DNA of 63,161 bases, the filler included. It is 3 parts of 3 records of this genome, joined end to end, with 100 filler letters (N's around TTAATTAATTAA, not from the genome) between each part and the next. Parts side by side here need not be neighbours in the genome. Positions count along the whole stretch, not along the records: positions 1 to 30,426 come from DRR723986_5790; 2 more parts are not named here. The stretch is one strand, 5' to 3'. The notes under the pieces are model-generated. The model did no database searches. It was not told the origin of the DNA and worked only from the letters and a program-made list of their open reading frames with translations. A program made the position numbers and the translations under genes. Shown here in pieces: positions 18,866 through 28,510 of this stretch. How positions within the stretch are numbered: the first letter of the stretch is position 1; every line of letters begins with the position of its first letter.

Positions 18866-19978
18866 ATGTGGATCCTACTTTCAGCGATTGCAACCGCCAG
18901 TTTCCTGGGCAGCATGCACTGCGTTGGAATGTGTGGACCGCTTGCGCTCTGGGCAGGAGGAGCCGCGGAGCAGCGCCGCCGCAGTGAACAAACGCTTGCT
19001 ACGACAACCTACCATCTTGGCCGGCTAACTACGTACGCAATTGTCGGCTTGCTAGCTGGTTACCTTGGAAGCCTGGCTGACTTAGGCGGCAATGCGCTTG
19101 GCATCCAACTGGTCGCTGCCCGGCTGGCTGGGGTCGCCATGATTGCGGCTGGCCTTTACCAATTGAACGCCTACGCAAAGTCGAAGGGCTTTTCTCTTGC
19201 TAGATTCAGTCTCGGCACTCGAAGCGGTACCTCAAGTGGCGGCAATGGCCCCGCTGTCGATCAAGCATCACCACCGCATGCCATCCAACCACCCAAACCG
19301 GGTCTAATCACGGGGCTACTGATTCGCCTCCGCCCGATTATCTTCAAACAGCCTGTTGCACTCCGGGGCCTGCTAACCGGGTTGCTGACGGTGCTGCTCC
19401 CCTGTGGCTGGCTCTATATTTTCGCACTTGCTGCTGCTGGGACAGGAAACGCCATAAGCGGCGCCCTTGTGATGGCGGCATTTTGGCTCGGCAGCGTCCC
19501 CGCTCTGGTTGGCTTGGTAGCCGGAAGTGCTTGGTTTGGGACTCGAGTCCGTCCGTTAGTGCCGATCCTGGGAGCGATTGTTCTTCTCATCGGTGGCGGC
19601 TACACAGCCATGGGACGTGGTTTTGCCGACATGAGTACACTCATCAAGATGCAACCCGTGAAGCTGGAGACTAGCACCGCGGACTCTGAAACGCCTCGTA
19701 CACCAAACACAAATTTGCACCAGCAGATCGACGTACTCACGTCAACGAAGCTCCCCTGTTGTGAGCACTGCCTTGAAGAGGTCGATAAACTTGAGGAGGC
19801 CGATAAAGCGGCGAACACCTCACAGCCAGAGTCACTGACGAAGGGCCGTAGCGACCATAATTCTGGAATCGGCGATGTGCGACATTCCAGCCCAGACAGC
19901 ACCGAATCGAGTGAGTCTACCGAACAGGGCGAGCCTACCGAACAGGGTGAGTCTACCGAACGGGGCGCTGCACAGTGA
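18866..19978 (+). CDS. DsbD_2/TauE-SafE-like membrane protein (cbb3 biogenesis)
   Basis: SMHCVGMCGP, YHLGRLTTY and LPCGWLY motifs; position within the cco operon. Confidence 0.88.
   Translation: MWILLSAIATASFLGSMHCVGMCGPLALWAGGAAEQRRRSEQTLATTTYHLGRLTTYAIVGLLAGYLGSLADLGGNALGIQLVAARLAGVAMIAAGLYQLNAYAKSKGFSLARFSLGTRSGTSSGGNGPAVDQASPPHAIQPPKPGLITGLLIRLRPIIFKQPVALRGLLTGLLTVLLPCGWLYIFALAAAGTGNAISGALVMAAFWLGSVPALVGLVAGSAWFGTRVRPLVPILGAIVLLIGGGYTAMGRGFADMSTLIKMQPVKLETSTADSETPRTPNTNLHQQIDVLTSTKLPCCEHCLEEVDKLEEADKAANTSQPESLTKGRSDHNSGIGDVRHSSPDSTESSESTEQGEPTEQGESTERGAAQ
19913..19966 (+). repeat. 3 x 18-bp in-frame tandem repeat
   Basis: GAGTCTACCGAACAGGGC / GAGCCTACCGAACAGGGT / GAGTCTACCGAACGGGGC, encoding E(S/P)TE(Q/R)G. 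Confidence 0.9.
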
Positions 19979-22761
19979 GTTCCTCGAGCATGCAACGCGG
20001 CGTCATTGCAGATGCGGATTTTACATTGCCTCCGGCCACCGATCCCGCTCCAGATAGCTCGTCAACTACCGATGCGGAAGCCAGTCGCGAGGTGTCCGAG
20101 AGAATCGAAACCTCCTGCAGCGCTGGTCCGCAGATTACCCAACTGCCCTGTGTCCACTGTGGCCAATCAACACGAGTCGCCCAGGGTCATGATCCAGCGA
20201 AGGTCTTCTGCTGCAATGGATGCCTGGGGGCGTATCAACTGATTCACGGCTGGGGGCTAGAGGATTTTTACTCCCTTCGTGACAACATGAAGCTGACGGC
20301 AGCGCCGCTGGCTGCGAAGCAGGGAATCCGCTTCGAACAGTTCGACTCCGTCGAATTCCTGGGACCGTCAGCTCCGAAAGAACAATCTGATGGAACGCAT
20401 CGCGCCGAACTTGCCATTCAGGGACTGCACTGCGCGGCTTGTGCCTGGTTGATTGAGAAAGCCGCTCGTGCTCAGCCAGGCTTACTTGCGGCTCAAGTGA
20501 AGATGAACCAGCACACGGTGCTCTTGGTTTACGATCCTGGCCAAACCCGGCTAAGTGAAATTACAAAATTTTTTGATCAGCTCGGTTATCAGCTTAGCCC
20601 ATTTGATCCGAGCAAAGACACCCACCTGCACTCCGAGAGTCGCCGACAACTTGTTCAGATTGCGATCGCTGGCTTTCTGGCCGCCAACGCCATGTGGCTG
20701 GCCGTGGCTTTATATGCACAAGAGTTTGCAACTGTGGCTGCGGAGCATCGCTACTTTATGACGCTGGTCGGAACAGCCCTTGGCTTGTCATCCGTTGCGG
20801 GCCCCGGACGGACTTTCTTGAAAGGCGCTCTGACGGCGATCAAGAACCGAACGCCTCACATGGATTTGCCCATCGCCTTGGGACTGAGCGTCGGTGCAAC
20901 GGTTGGGACAATCAACGCTATTCGCGGAACTGGCGACGTCTATTTTGACTCAGTCGCAACACTCGTGTTCTTTCTTCTGATTGGCCGATGGATTCAGTTT
21001 CGACAACAGCAACGGGCGGCGCGTACCGTCGATCTACTCCTCCGCATTACGCCTCGTCATGCGACGCTCGTTCGTAACGGCGAACAAAAGAGTGTACTGG
21101 TGGATCGATTGTGTGCGGGCGATATTATTCTCGTTGGTGCCGGAGAAGCGATAGCCGCTGATGGTGTGGTCACTTCTGGCATCACACAGCTCGACCGATC
21201 TCTGATCAGTGGTGAGAGTGTCCCTGTTCGAGCAACCACAGGGGACGCCGTGCTGGCTGGCGTGATCAACGTCGCTTCGCCGATCGAAGTACGCGTTGAA
21301 GCGACTGGCAACGAGAGTCGCATCGGCAAAGTTATGCAATCGGTTGAATCGGCAGCCTCCGAGAAGACACCGATCGTTCTGCTGGCTGACCGAATCGGTG
21401 GGTACTTTGTCATTAGCGTGCTTGTTCTTGCGGTAATCACATTTGCGTTTTGGGCGGGAAGTGATCTTAGCGCAGCGACCCTCAATTCCACTGCGCTGCT
21501 GATCGTCGCATGTCCATGTGCACTGGCTCTGGCAACACCACTGGCAATTGCAGTCTCACTCGGACGTGCTGCTGGCATTGGAGTCCTGGTCCGCAGTGGT
21601 GAAGCGATTCAGAAATTAAGCGGTCGCGGTCAAATCTGGCTCGACAAGACAGGCACATTAACCGAGGGCAAGCAACGCGTCACTAGTTTTCACGGGTCCA
21701 CGGCTGCTCTGAAGCTGGCTGCAGCAACCGAAATCAACTGCATGCACCCCGTGGCGAAAGCCATCGTTGAGCACGCCAACGACCGACAACTTGAGTATGA
21801 AGACCTAACGCTTGATGACACAGTAGTCGTCGCCGGTGGCATCATTGGCCACTTCGCAGGCAATCACGACAGCGCTAGAACTGGTGTCGAGCAAGCCAAT
21901 CGCACGACCGTCGTAGTTGGCAACCAACAGCTTGTGGCCGACCAACTGAATAACTCTGACAAACCGACCTCACATGATGTTTTTGGGTTGGACGCAGCAG
22001 CGCCATTGAGATCAGCGCCTGTAAGTTCAACGTCCGCCAAGTCAGCGGGTAAGAACAATCCATTGCGCAAAACGGACGAACCAAAATCTTGGAGGCAGCT
22101 TGCAGAGGAAATGGCGGCCAATGGTGAAAGCCCTATCCTGATCGCGGTTAATGGATCAGTGGCGGCGATTCTTGGGATATCGGACCCGATTCGACCGGAT
22201 GCGGCTGAGACCATTCGTCGCTTGAAAAATCTGTCGTGGAAAGTCGGCATCTTGAGCGGTGACCACAGCACCATCGTTGGGCACGTCGCAGAGAAGGTTG
22301 GCATCGATCTCGCGGAATGCACTGGCGACATGACACCCGAAGACAAGCTTGCAGTCATTCGCCGGACAATGACGAACAACAACGAACCTTCAGAGAATAG
22401 CAATACAAAGACCGTCGTCATGGTAGGCGATGGAGCAAACGATGCTGCGGCACTGGCTGCCGCCGACGTTGGAATTGCGATCCGTGGCGGTGCGGAAGTG
22501 AGCTTGCAGGCCGCAGAGGTATTTGTGGCTGATGGACATTTGAGCCGAATTAGTGATTTGATACGCGGTTCGCGTCGCACACACAGACTTATTATCGCTG
22601 CCTTAAGTGTGTCACTAGGCTACAATTTATTTGCGGTCTCCCTTGCCACTCTCGGTTGGATCAGCCCGTTGGTTGCGGCCATCCTGATGCCGCTCAGCAG
22701 TGTTTCAGTACTCGGACTGATTTTGGCTGCTCGGACGTTTCCAAACAAATCAATACACTAG
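19975..22761 (+). CDS. ccoI: Cu-translocating P1B-type ATPase CcoI
   Basis: N-terminal CVHC/FCCNGC and HCAAC metal motifs; CPCAL, DKTGT, HP, GDGAND, YN and MPLSS motifs. Confidence 0.93.
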   Translation: MSSSSMQRGVIADADFTLPPATDPAPDSSSTTDAEASREVSERIETSCSAGPQITQLPCVHCGQSTRVAQGHDPAKVFCCNGCLGAYQLIHGWGLEDFYSLRDNMKLTAAPLAAKQGIRFEQFDSVEFLGPSAPKEQSDGTHRAELAIQGLHCAACAWLIEKAARAQPGLLAAQVKMNQHTVLLVYDPGQTRLSEITKFFDQLGYQLSPFDPSKDTHLHSESRRQLVQIAIAGFLAANAMWLAVALYAQEFATVAAEHRYFMTLVGTALGLSSVAGPGRTFLKGALTAIKNRTPHMDLPIALGLSVGATVGTINAIRGTGDVYFDSVATLVFFLLIGRWIQFRQQQRAARTVDLLLRITPRHATLVRNGEQKSVLVDRLCAGDIILVGAGEAIAADGVVTSGITQLDRSLISGESVPVRATTGDAVLAGVINVASPIEVRVEATGNESRIGKVMQSVESAASEKTPIVLLADRIGGYFVISVLVLAVITFAFWAGSDLSAATLNSTALLIVACPCALALATPLAIAVSLGRAAGIGVLVRSGEAIQKLSGRGQIWLDKTGTLTEGKQRVTSFHGSTAALKLAAATEINCMHPVAKAIVEHANDRQLEYEDLTLDDTVVVAGGIIGHFAGNHDSARTGVEQANRTTVVVGNQQLVADQLNNSDKPTSHDVFGLDAAAPLRSAPVSSTSAKSAGKNNPLRKTDEPKSWRQLAEEMAANGESPILIAVNGSVAAILGISDPIRPDAAETIRRLKNLSWKVGILSGDHSTIVGHVAEKVGIDLAECTGDMTPEDKLAVIRRTMTNNNEPSENSNTKTVVMVGDGANDAAALAAADVGIAIRGGAEVSLQAAEVFVADGHLSRISDLIRGSRRTHRLIIAALSVSLGYNLFAVSLATLGWISPLVAAILMPLSSVSVLGLILAARTFPNKSIH

Positions 22762-22785
22762 TTCATTCACCAGAAGACATTCGCG

Positions 22786-22956
22786 ATGAGCGTACTTTAC
22801 CTTGCACTTCCAGTCGCACTGCTGCTCGGCGGTGGTGGACTGATTGCATGCATTTGGTGCATTCGCGGTGGTCAGTACGACGATGTCGACACTCCACCGC
22901 TCCGTATGCTACTCGACGACGATACTCCCACTCCCAAGAAGTCGGAAGAGAAATGA
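22786..22956 (+). CDS. ccoS: cbb3 assembly protein CcoS
   Basis: 56-aa ORF MSVLYLALPVALLLGGGGLIACIWCIRGGQYDDVDTPPLRMLLDDD... with the W-x-x-x-x-GQYDD signature. Missing from the ORF track. Confidence 0.9.
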   Translation: MSVLYLALPVALLLGGGGLIACIWCIRGGQYDDVDTPPLRMLLDDDTPTPKKSEEK

Positions 22957-24266
22957 CTTTGAAAATTCGAAACAACTGGACCACCAGTCTCGGCCTAGCA
23001 GTCGCCACGCTCGTGCTGGCTGGTTGCGGCACGCGTGAACCAAAGACGCTTGAATTTGAACCGAACATGGTATTCTCGCATGCCCTGGAAGTCGGCGGCA
23101 TCAGCGACGTCCCGATGGCACCGGTGCTCGATCAGACTACTGCCATTCTGACGGACTATTTCGGAACCCCCGAAGAGCCCAAGCTGCCCGACTTCATGAC
23201 CAGCGATGAAGAAGAATACGGTGAGTACCTTGAACTTGTCGACATCGAGAACTTAAAGCTTGCCTGTGGTGTGCCAGATGAAAACGGCGAAGGCGGGCTG
23301 TATCGCCGATTGCTTTGCACAAGCTGCCACGGAACAACTGGTAACGGCCGAGGCGAAGCCGCCGCGACTCTGGTTGCCTATCCACGCGACTACCGCATGG
23401 GAGTCTTTAAGTTCAAGACGACTGACGGACAAGCCAAACCACTTCGAGAGGATTTGTCGCGCATCATCCGCAACGGCATCCCTGACGTGGCAATGAATCC
23501 GCTGACGAAATCGACCGAAGAGGAAATCGAGGCGCTGACCGACTATGTCATCTACCTTTCCTGGCGAGGTCAGCTCGAGCGGATGATCCTTTACGAATCA
23601 CCTGATCTTTTCGCTGAACCGGAAGAAGACGAAACGGCCGAAGAGAAGCAAGAACGCCTGGAAGAGCGTGAAGAGTGGATTCAAGACCTCTGTATTGAGA
23701 TTGCCGAAGAATGGCTGTACGCCGAAGATGACATTTACGAGGTGCCGGAGCGCCCCGAGGACTTCCCCGTGCCCGACACGATTGACGAAGTTGTGGCCGC
23801 TGCCGCAGGTGGCGACTCACCTTTGAAGCAAAGCATTGAAAAGGGGCGGGAGATCTTCGCCACCGAACAGGCATCTTGCACAAAGTGCCATGGAAAGCTT
23901 GGTCATGGCAACGGTCTCGGAAAGTATTTTGACGACTGGACCAATGACTGGACCGTCAAAATGGGGCTCGACCCACTGGACTACGATTCACTCGTGCCAC
24001 TGATTGCCCGAGGCGCCCTGCCACCGCGTTACATCGACCCTCGTGATTTTCGTGACGGGACGTTTCGCGGCGGATCGACTCCGGAAGACATCTACCACCG
24101 TATCTCGCGTGGTATCGCAGGAACCCCAATGCCAAAAGCAAAGCTTGAAGAAGATGAAATTTGGCACCTAGTGAATTTCGTTAGGTCGCTACGTGTCAAG
24201 AATCCACTCGACGAACCCGCCTCGGCTGAAGATGCTGAGGAAGTGGCTGATGAGGTGGCCGAGTAA
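22953..24266 (+). CDS. Diheme cytochrome c lipoprotein
   Basis: ATG overlaps the ccoS stop (ATGA); lipobox LAGC; two heme motifs CTSCH and CTKCH, each followed by PRD(Y/F)R and a distal Met (AMNP, TPMP). Confidence 0.85.
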   Translation: MTLKIRNNWTTSLGLAVATLVLAGCGTREPKTLEFEPNMVFSHALEVGGISDVPMAPVLDQTTAILTDYFGTPEEPKLPDFMTSDEEEYGEYLELVDIENLKLACGVPDENGEGGLYRRLLCTSCHGTTGNGRGEAAATLVAYPRDYRMGVFKFKTTDGQAKPLREDLSRIIRNGIPDVAMNPLTKSTEEEIEALTDYVIYLSWRGQLERMILYESPDLFAEPEEDETAEEKQERLEEREEWIQDLCIEIAEEWLYAEDDIYEVPERPEDFPVPDTIDEVVAAAAGGDSPLKQSIEKGREIFATEQASCTKCHGKLGHGNGLGKYFDDWTNDWTVKMGLDPLDYDSLVPLIARGALPPRYIDPRDFRDGTFRGGSTPEDIYHRISRGIAGTPMPKAKLEEDEIWHLVNFVRSLRVKNPLDEPASAEDAEEVADEVAE

Positions 24267-24668
24267 CCTTCTTCTGCATCCATTCGCCTTGCTTGTGATC
24301 GCTTGCAAGGCGTTCTGGTCATCCTGTTTGCCCGTACTGGATCGTAGACGTTCTTCGGGCGGAGCACACCACTCCGCCCAAGCGTCCATCTTCTTCAACT
24401 GCCTCTTCAGTTGAGTCGCACCACAGGTAAGAAACCTTGCGTGCAGCGCCTCCAAAGTGCTGTTTACCGCAAACTACTTGATTCCCTGTGCTTCGCCCCC
24501 AGTGCTTTTTGCGGATGTGTGCAAATCTGTCTATTGAGCCGTGCACAGACTCCTCATTAGGAGTAGGCGTCAGCCCAGGCCTAGCTTGGACTGCGAGGTG
24601 GAGCTGGGTACTAGCAACGGGATCCAGGAACTGATTGCGGCGAGTCCGAGAGAAAGGAGAACCCAACC

Positions 24669-25262
24669 ATGGCCAGATTACAATTCAACGACCTTCCCGC
24701 GGAACTAAAGCGAAACAGCAAAGGCTACAAACTTCAAACTGGCGATGTCCTCTTCTCCGAAGGGTTCTCGGCAGACTCGGTCTACTTCGTCGAAACCGGT
24801 TGCGTCCGCATGGTGGTCCATCCATGCGACGGGAAAGAACTGGTTCTGTTTCGTGCTCGCGATGGCGAGACGTTCGCTGAAGAACACGTGATGTCGGACA
24901 CTTGTGGTTACACCGCGATTGCGGACAAAGATACGAGCCTGCGGTCCGTAAGCGCAGAGTTACTTCGGGAGCTGATAATGCCCGACGCGCACGTCATGAA
25001 CTCGTACCTGAACACCATCGGATTCCGCATGCAGCAATTGCGGCAGAACTTTGAACGGCTCGCGCTACCCTCTGCCAGCGCAAAAGTGCTCCACTTGTTA
25101 TCTAGTCTTTCCGAGGGCAATGAGCCTCTCAATTTAGCGGGACGGGTCAAAACGTTTGCATCCGACTTGAATTTGACGCACGAAACAATGTACCGAACTC
25201 TGAAGACCCTAGAGGAACGAGGTGATATTGAGAGGGAAAATGGTTGGGTTAGAGTCTTATAG
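24669..25262 (+). CDS. Crp/Fnr-family transcriptional regulator
   Basis: cNMP-binding-type beta-barrel (LFSEG, GETFAE) plus C-terminal HTH ASDLNLTHETMYRTL; GGAGA RBS; no N-terminal Fnr Cys cluster. Confidence 0.88.
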   Translation: MARLQFNDLPAELKRNSKGYKLQTGDVLFSEGFSADSVYFVETGCVRMVVHPCDGKELVLFRARDGETFAEEHVMSDTCGYTAIADKDTSLRSVSAELLRELIMPDAHVMNSYLNTIGFRMQQLRQNFERLALPSASAKVLHLLSSLSEGNEPLNLAGRVKTFASDLNLTHETMYRTLKTLEERGDIERENGWVRVL

Positions 25263-25324
25263 GTGGTCATGAGAGGGGTTGCAGTCACGCCAATTAGATT
25301 TCTTTGAATAAAAGTTTGCACCGA

Positions 25325-25340
25325 TATGACGGCGGTCATA
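25325..25340. promoter_or_regulatory. Perfect palindrome TATGAC-N4-GTCATA, candidate Crp/Fnr operator
   Basis: 6-4-6 dyad with Fnr-box geometry, 64 nt upstream of the cytochrome P460 start and just downstream of the Crp/Fnr gene. Confidence 0.65.
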
Positions 25341-25404
25341 CTACACATACTTGCGTCGCCCTAGTATCTGAGCCTCTTCAAACTCTTTACAGGGGAATAT
25401 TGCG

Positions 25405-26520
25405 TTGAAACTGACAAGAATGACACTAAGCCTCGCCTGCGCGACGCTACTTGGTCTTGCCGTGTCGGCAACCGAGACGCGCGCCGACGACGTGGAAGCC
25501 CTTAACGGGTCCGGCCCACGGTACAGTGAAGACGGCCAACTGATGAGGCCGCAAGGTTGGCGAAAGTGGGTGTACATCGGCACGCCGCTTACGCCCCACG
25601 ACATGAATGACGGGAAAGCTGCCTTCCCCGAGTTTCACAATGTTTACATTGATCCCGAAAGCTTTGCGACTTTCGAACGTACGGGTGAATTCCCGAACGG
25701 GACACAGATCGTGAAAGAGCTTGTCTTGGTTGGTTCCAAGTCAGCGGTCAGCGGCAACGGCTACTTCATGGGCGAATTCGCTGGACTTGAAGTTGCATTG
25801 AAGGACACCGAGCGGTTTAAGGACGAGCCTGGCGGATGGGCTTACTTCAGTTTCGGTCACGTAGCAGCCGACAAGTACGAAGCGACTGCCAAGCCGTTTC
25901 CTGCCGAGAGCTGCAATGCGTGTCACCAGGCTAGCGCTGACTACGACTATGTCTTCCTTCAGTACTACCCAGTGCTACGCGCTGCGATGCCGAAGAAAAT
26001 GATGATGAAAGCCGCCGATGCGCAGGCGTCGATGAAGAAGATGGACGCAAAATCCATGGCAACCGCCATGGGCGCTGTCGGTGAATCGGACTCGAGCGAA
26101 TCGTCTGGTTCGAGCGAAGAAGAGTACTCCATGAAGCTCTTCAAGTGGCTTCAAGGTGGTGGCTACAAGAGCTACAAGGCTGAATCAGCGGTTCACCCAT
26201 CTAGCTCAGGCCCTGCAGTGCACGGCGACGTTCGTATCTTCGTGAACGACAAACTGGACGCGAGCATGATGGCGGGCAACGACAAGCACCCAACCGGCTC
26301 CGTTGTTGTCAAAGAGCTTCACAAAGACGGTGAAATGTACGGCTGGGCTGCCATGATCAAAGCCCGCGAAGACGATGGTAAAGGCAATGGATGGTATTGG
26401 TACGAAGTTTTGAGCACGACCAATCCTGAGAACCCAGTTGCTGCTTCACTTGGCAACCAGACCTGCGTTGGTTGTCACGCACCTGGACGCGATTTTGTTC
26501 GCATCGGTGCGATCAAGTAA
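25405..26520 (+). CDS. Cytochrome P460-family protein with two tandem heme domains
   Basis: Signal peptide. Domain 1: WRKWVYIG...FHNVYIDP...GTQIVKEL...GLEVALKD...GGWAYF...CNACH...YYPVL. Met-rich linker. Domain 2: GSVVVKEL...GWAAMIK...GWYWYE...CVGCH. Confidence 0.88.
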   Translation: MKLTRMTLSLACATLLGLAVSATETRADDVEALNGSGPRYSEDGQLMRPQGWRKWVYIGTPLTPHDMNDGKAAFPEFHNVYIDPESFATFERTGEFPNGTQIVKELVLVGSKSAVSGNGYFMGEFAGLEVALKDTERFKDEPGGWAYFSFGHVAADKYEATAKPFPAESCNACHQASADYDYVFLQYYPVLRAAMPKKMMMKAADAQASMKKMDAKSMATAMGAVGESDSSESSGSSEEEYSMKLFKWLQGGGYKSYKAESAVHPSSSGPAVHGDVRIFVNDKLDASMMAGNDKHPTGSVVVKELHKDGEMYGWAAMIKAREDDGKGNGWYWYEVLSTTNPENPVAASLGNQTCVGCHAPGRDFVRIGAIK

Positions 26521-26857
26521 GCTTGTACAGAAGCTATCACTTGGAATTCGACTGGCGGTGTCAGCTCTGGTTGGCGCCGCCAGTTTTTCGTTTGCTACCG
26601 CATTGTCGCCAAAGTGCCAGCTCGCCCAAACGTGATTTCTCACAGCCAAGCCTACTCGGCCCAACGTTTTCGGCAGCGCAAACTGCTGGCGTGCAATTCA
26701 CTATGACTCGCCTAGATTACGGTCTCGCAACCTGTTCTACGACCAGCGGAATACGCTAAGATCTCCCGCAGCGAAGTGCAAGTAAATCCAGTGCGCCAGG
26801 TTCGTTCACGGCGGGCGCAAATGAGATGGTAGCGAATTCTATTCAGGAGAAACGCGG

Positions 26858-28474
26858 GTGGGTGAGTCGATCAAGGTTGCGAGCTGGAGCCAATTAAAAG
26901 ATCGAGAGCCGACGTACGCACTCGCGGGCGAGGTCGACTTGGTCGTCATCCGTTACGACGACAGTGTATCGGTGCTGTACGGCCGCTGCCTCCACCGTGC
27001 GGCGCTGATGAGCGACGGGCACGTGGAAGGCAACAATCTTTTCTGCGGCTTGCACAACTGGGACTATCGGATCGACACTGGAGTCAGCGAGTACAACAAC
27101 TCGGAGGCTCTCCACAAGTTCAACGCAACCGTTGAAGGCGACGACGTACTCGTCAGCGCATCAGAAATTGCTGCCTTTACCACAGAACATCCTCAGCCGT
27201 TCAAGCGCGACGAGTACCTCGGGCTGTATCAGGACATCCACGGCAGCCCTGAAGAGCCTCACAACAACTATGTCCAAACGCTTGCTCAAAAGGGCAAAGA
27301 AGGAATCGGCCATCACGGTCCCGTGTCGTCGATGGGCGTCCCCGCGCCGGAGCTGCCCCAGTGGAGGGATTTGCAATTCGTGACCGCACAACTTGCTCGC
27401 AAACCAATGCTAGATGATGAATCCGTTGGTACCGAACTGGTAATCGGCCCACAAGCCGCAAAGCCGCTGAAGCTGAAGATTCCACTTTTCGTTTCCGACA
27501 TGTCCTTCGGTGCACTCAGCGAAGAAGCCAAGATCGCAATGGCTCAAGGTGCCGAGTTGGCTGGAACGGGCATCTGCAGCGGTGAAGGTGGCATGCTGCC
27601 AGAAGAACAAGCCGCTAACAGCCGCTACTTCTACGAGCTGGCCTCCGGACGTTTCGGCTTCTCGATCGACAAGGTCAAGAAATGCCAAGCCTTCCACTTC
27701 AAAGCTGGACAGGGCGCGAAGACCGGAACCGGCGGGCACCTTCCTGGCGAAAAGGTGGTTGGCAAAATTGCAGCCGTCCGCGAACTCGACGAAGGTCAGG
27801 ATGCAATCAGCCCCGCGCGTTTCCCCGATTTCGATGGGGTCGAAGATTATCGCCGGGTTGCGTCTGAGGTCCGCGAGGCCACGGGTGGAATTCCGATTGG
27901 TGTCAAAATGTCCGCCCAGCATATCGAAGACGACATCGATTTTGCCTTGGAAATCGGTGTCGACTACATCATCATCGATGGCCGAGGTGGTGGGACCGGT
28001 GCGGCTCCCGACGTTTTCAAGAACAACATTTCGGTACCGACGATGGCAGCCATCGCTCGTGCCCGATTGCATCTGGACCATCGCGGCCCAAGCGACGTTA
28101 CACTAATTGGCACCGGAGGCCTGCGAACCGACGCCGATTTCGCAAAGGCAATGGCACTTGGAGCCGACGGAATTGCCATCTCCAACTCTGCAATGCAGGC
28201 AATCGGCTGCTTAGGCATGCGAGCCTGCTCGACCAACAACTGCCCGGTCGGCATCGCGACTCAGAAGGAAAACCTGCGGGCTAGGCTGAAGATTGCCGCT
28301 TCAGCAAAACGACTTCAGAATTTCTTCGAAGCTTCGACGCAACTCATGGTTGTACTCGCACGAGCTTGCGGACACGACCACCTCAACAAATTCACTCCAA
28401 CTGATCTAACAACTTGGAAACGCGAGATTGCCGACCTGACCGGCGTGCGATACGCCGGCATCGGACGCCGCTAA
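26858..28474 (+). CDS. Rieske 2Fe-2S domain fused to FMN-binding glutamate synthase-like domain
   Basis: Rieske CLH...CGLH; Glu_synthase motifs MSFGALS, SGEGG, KAGQGAK, DGRGGGTGAAP, GGLRT; 3Fe-4S motif CLGMRACSTNNCP. GTG start with AGGAG RBS. Confidence 0.9.
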   Translation: MGESIKVASWSQLKDREPTYALAGEVDLVVIRYDDSVSVLYGRCLHRAALMSDGHVEGNNLFCGLHNWDYRIDTGVSEYNNSEALHKFNATVEGDDVLVSASEIAAFTTEHPQPFKRDEYLGLYQDIHGSPEEPHNNYVQTLAQKGKEGIGHHGPVSSMGVPAPELPQWRDLQFVTAQLARKPMLDDESVGTELVIGPQAAKPLKLKIPLFVSDMSFGALSEEAKIAMAQGAELAGTGICSGEGGMLPEEQAANSRYFYELASGRFGFSIDKVKKCQAFHFKAGQGAKTGTGGHLPGEKVVGKIAAVRELDEGQDAISPARFPDFDGVEDYRRVASEVREATGGIPIGVKMSAQHIEDDIDFALEIGVDYIIIDGRGGGTGAAPDVFKNNISVPTMAAIARARLHLDHRGPSDVTLIGTGGLRTDADFAKAMALGADGIAISNSAMQAIGCLGMRACSTNNCPVGIATQKENLRARLKIAASAKRLQNFFEASTQLMVVLARACGHDHLNKFTPTDLTTWKREIADLTGVRYAGIGRR

Positions 28475-28510
28475 ACGCTGCAGTCTTGCCTCGCACGAGA
28501 AAGCCATCCT

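Noticed and set aside
22656-22952. 99-aa N-terminal extension of the cytochrome c ORF
   Set aside because: Overlaps ccoI and the ccoS gene; the lipoprotein signal begins at 22953.
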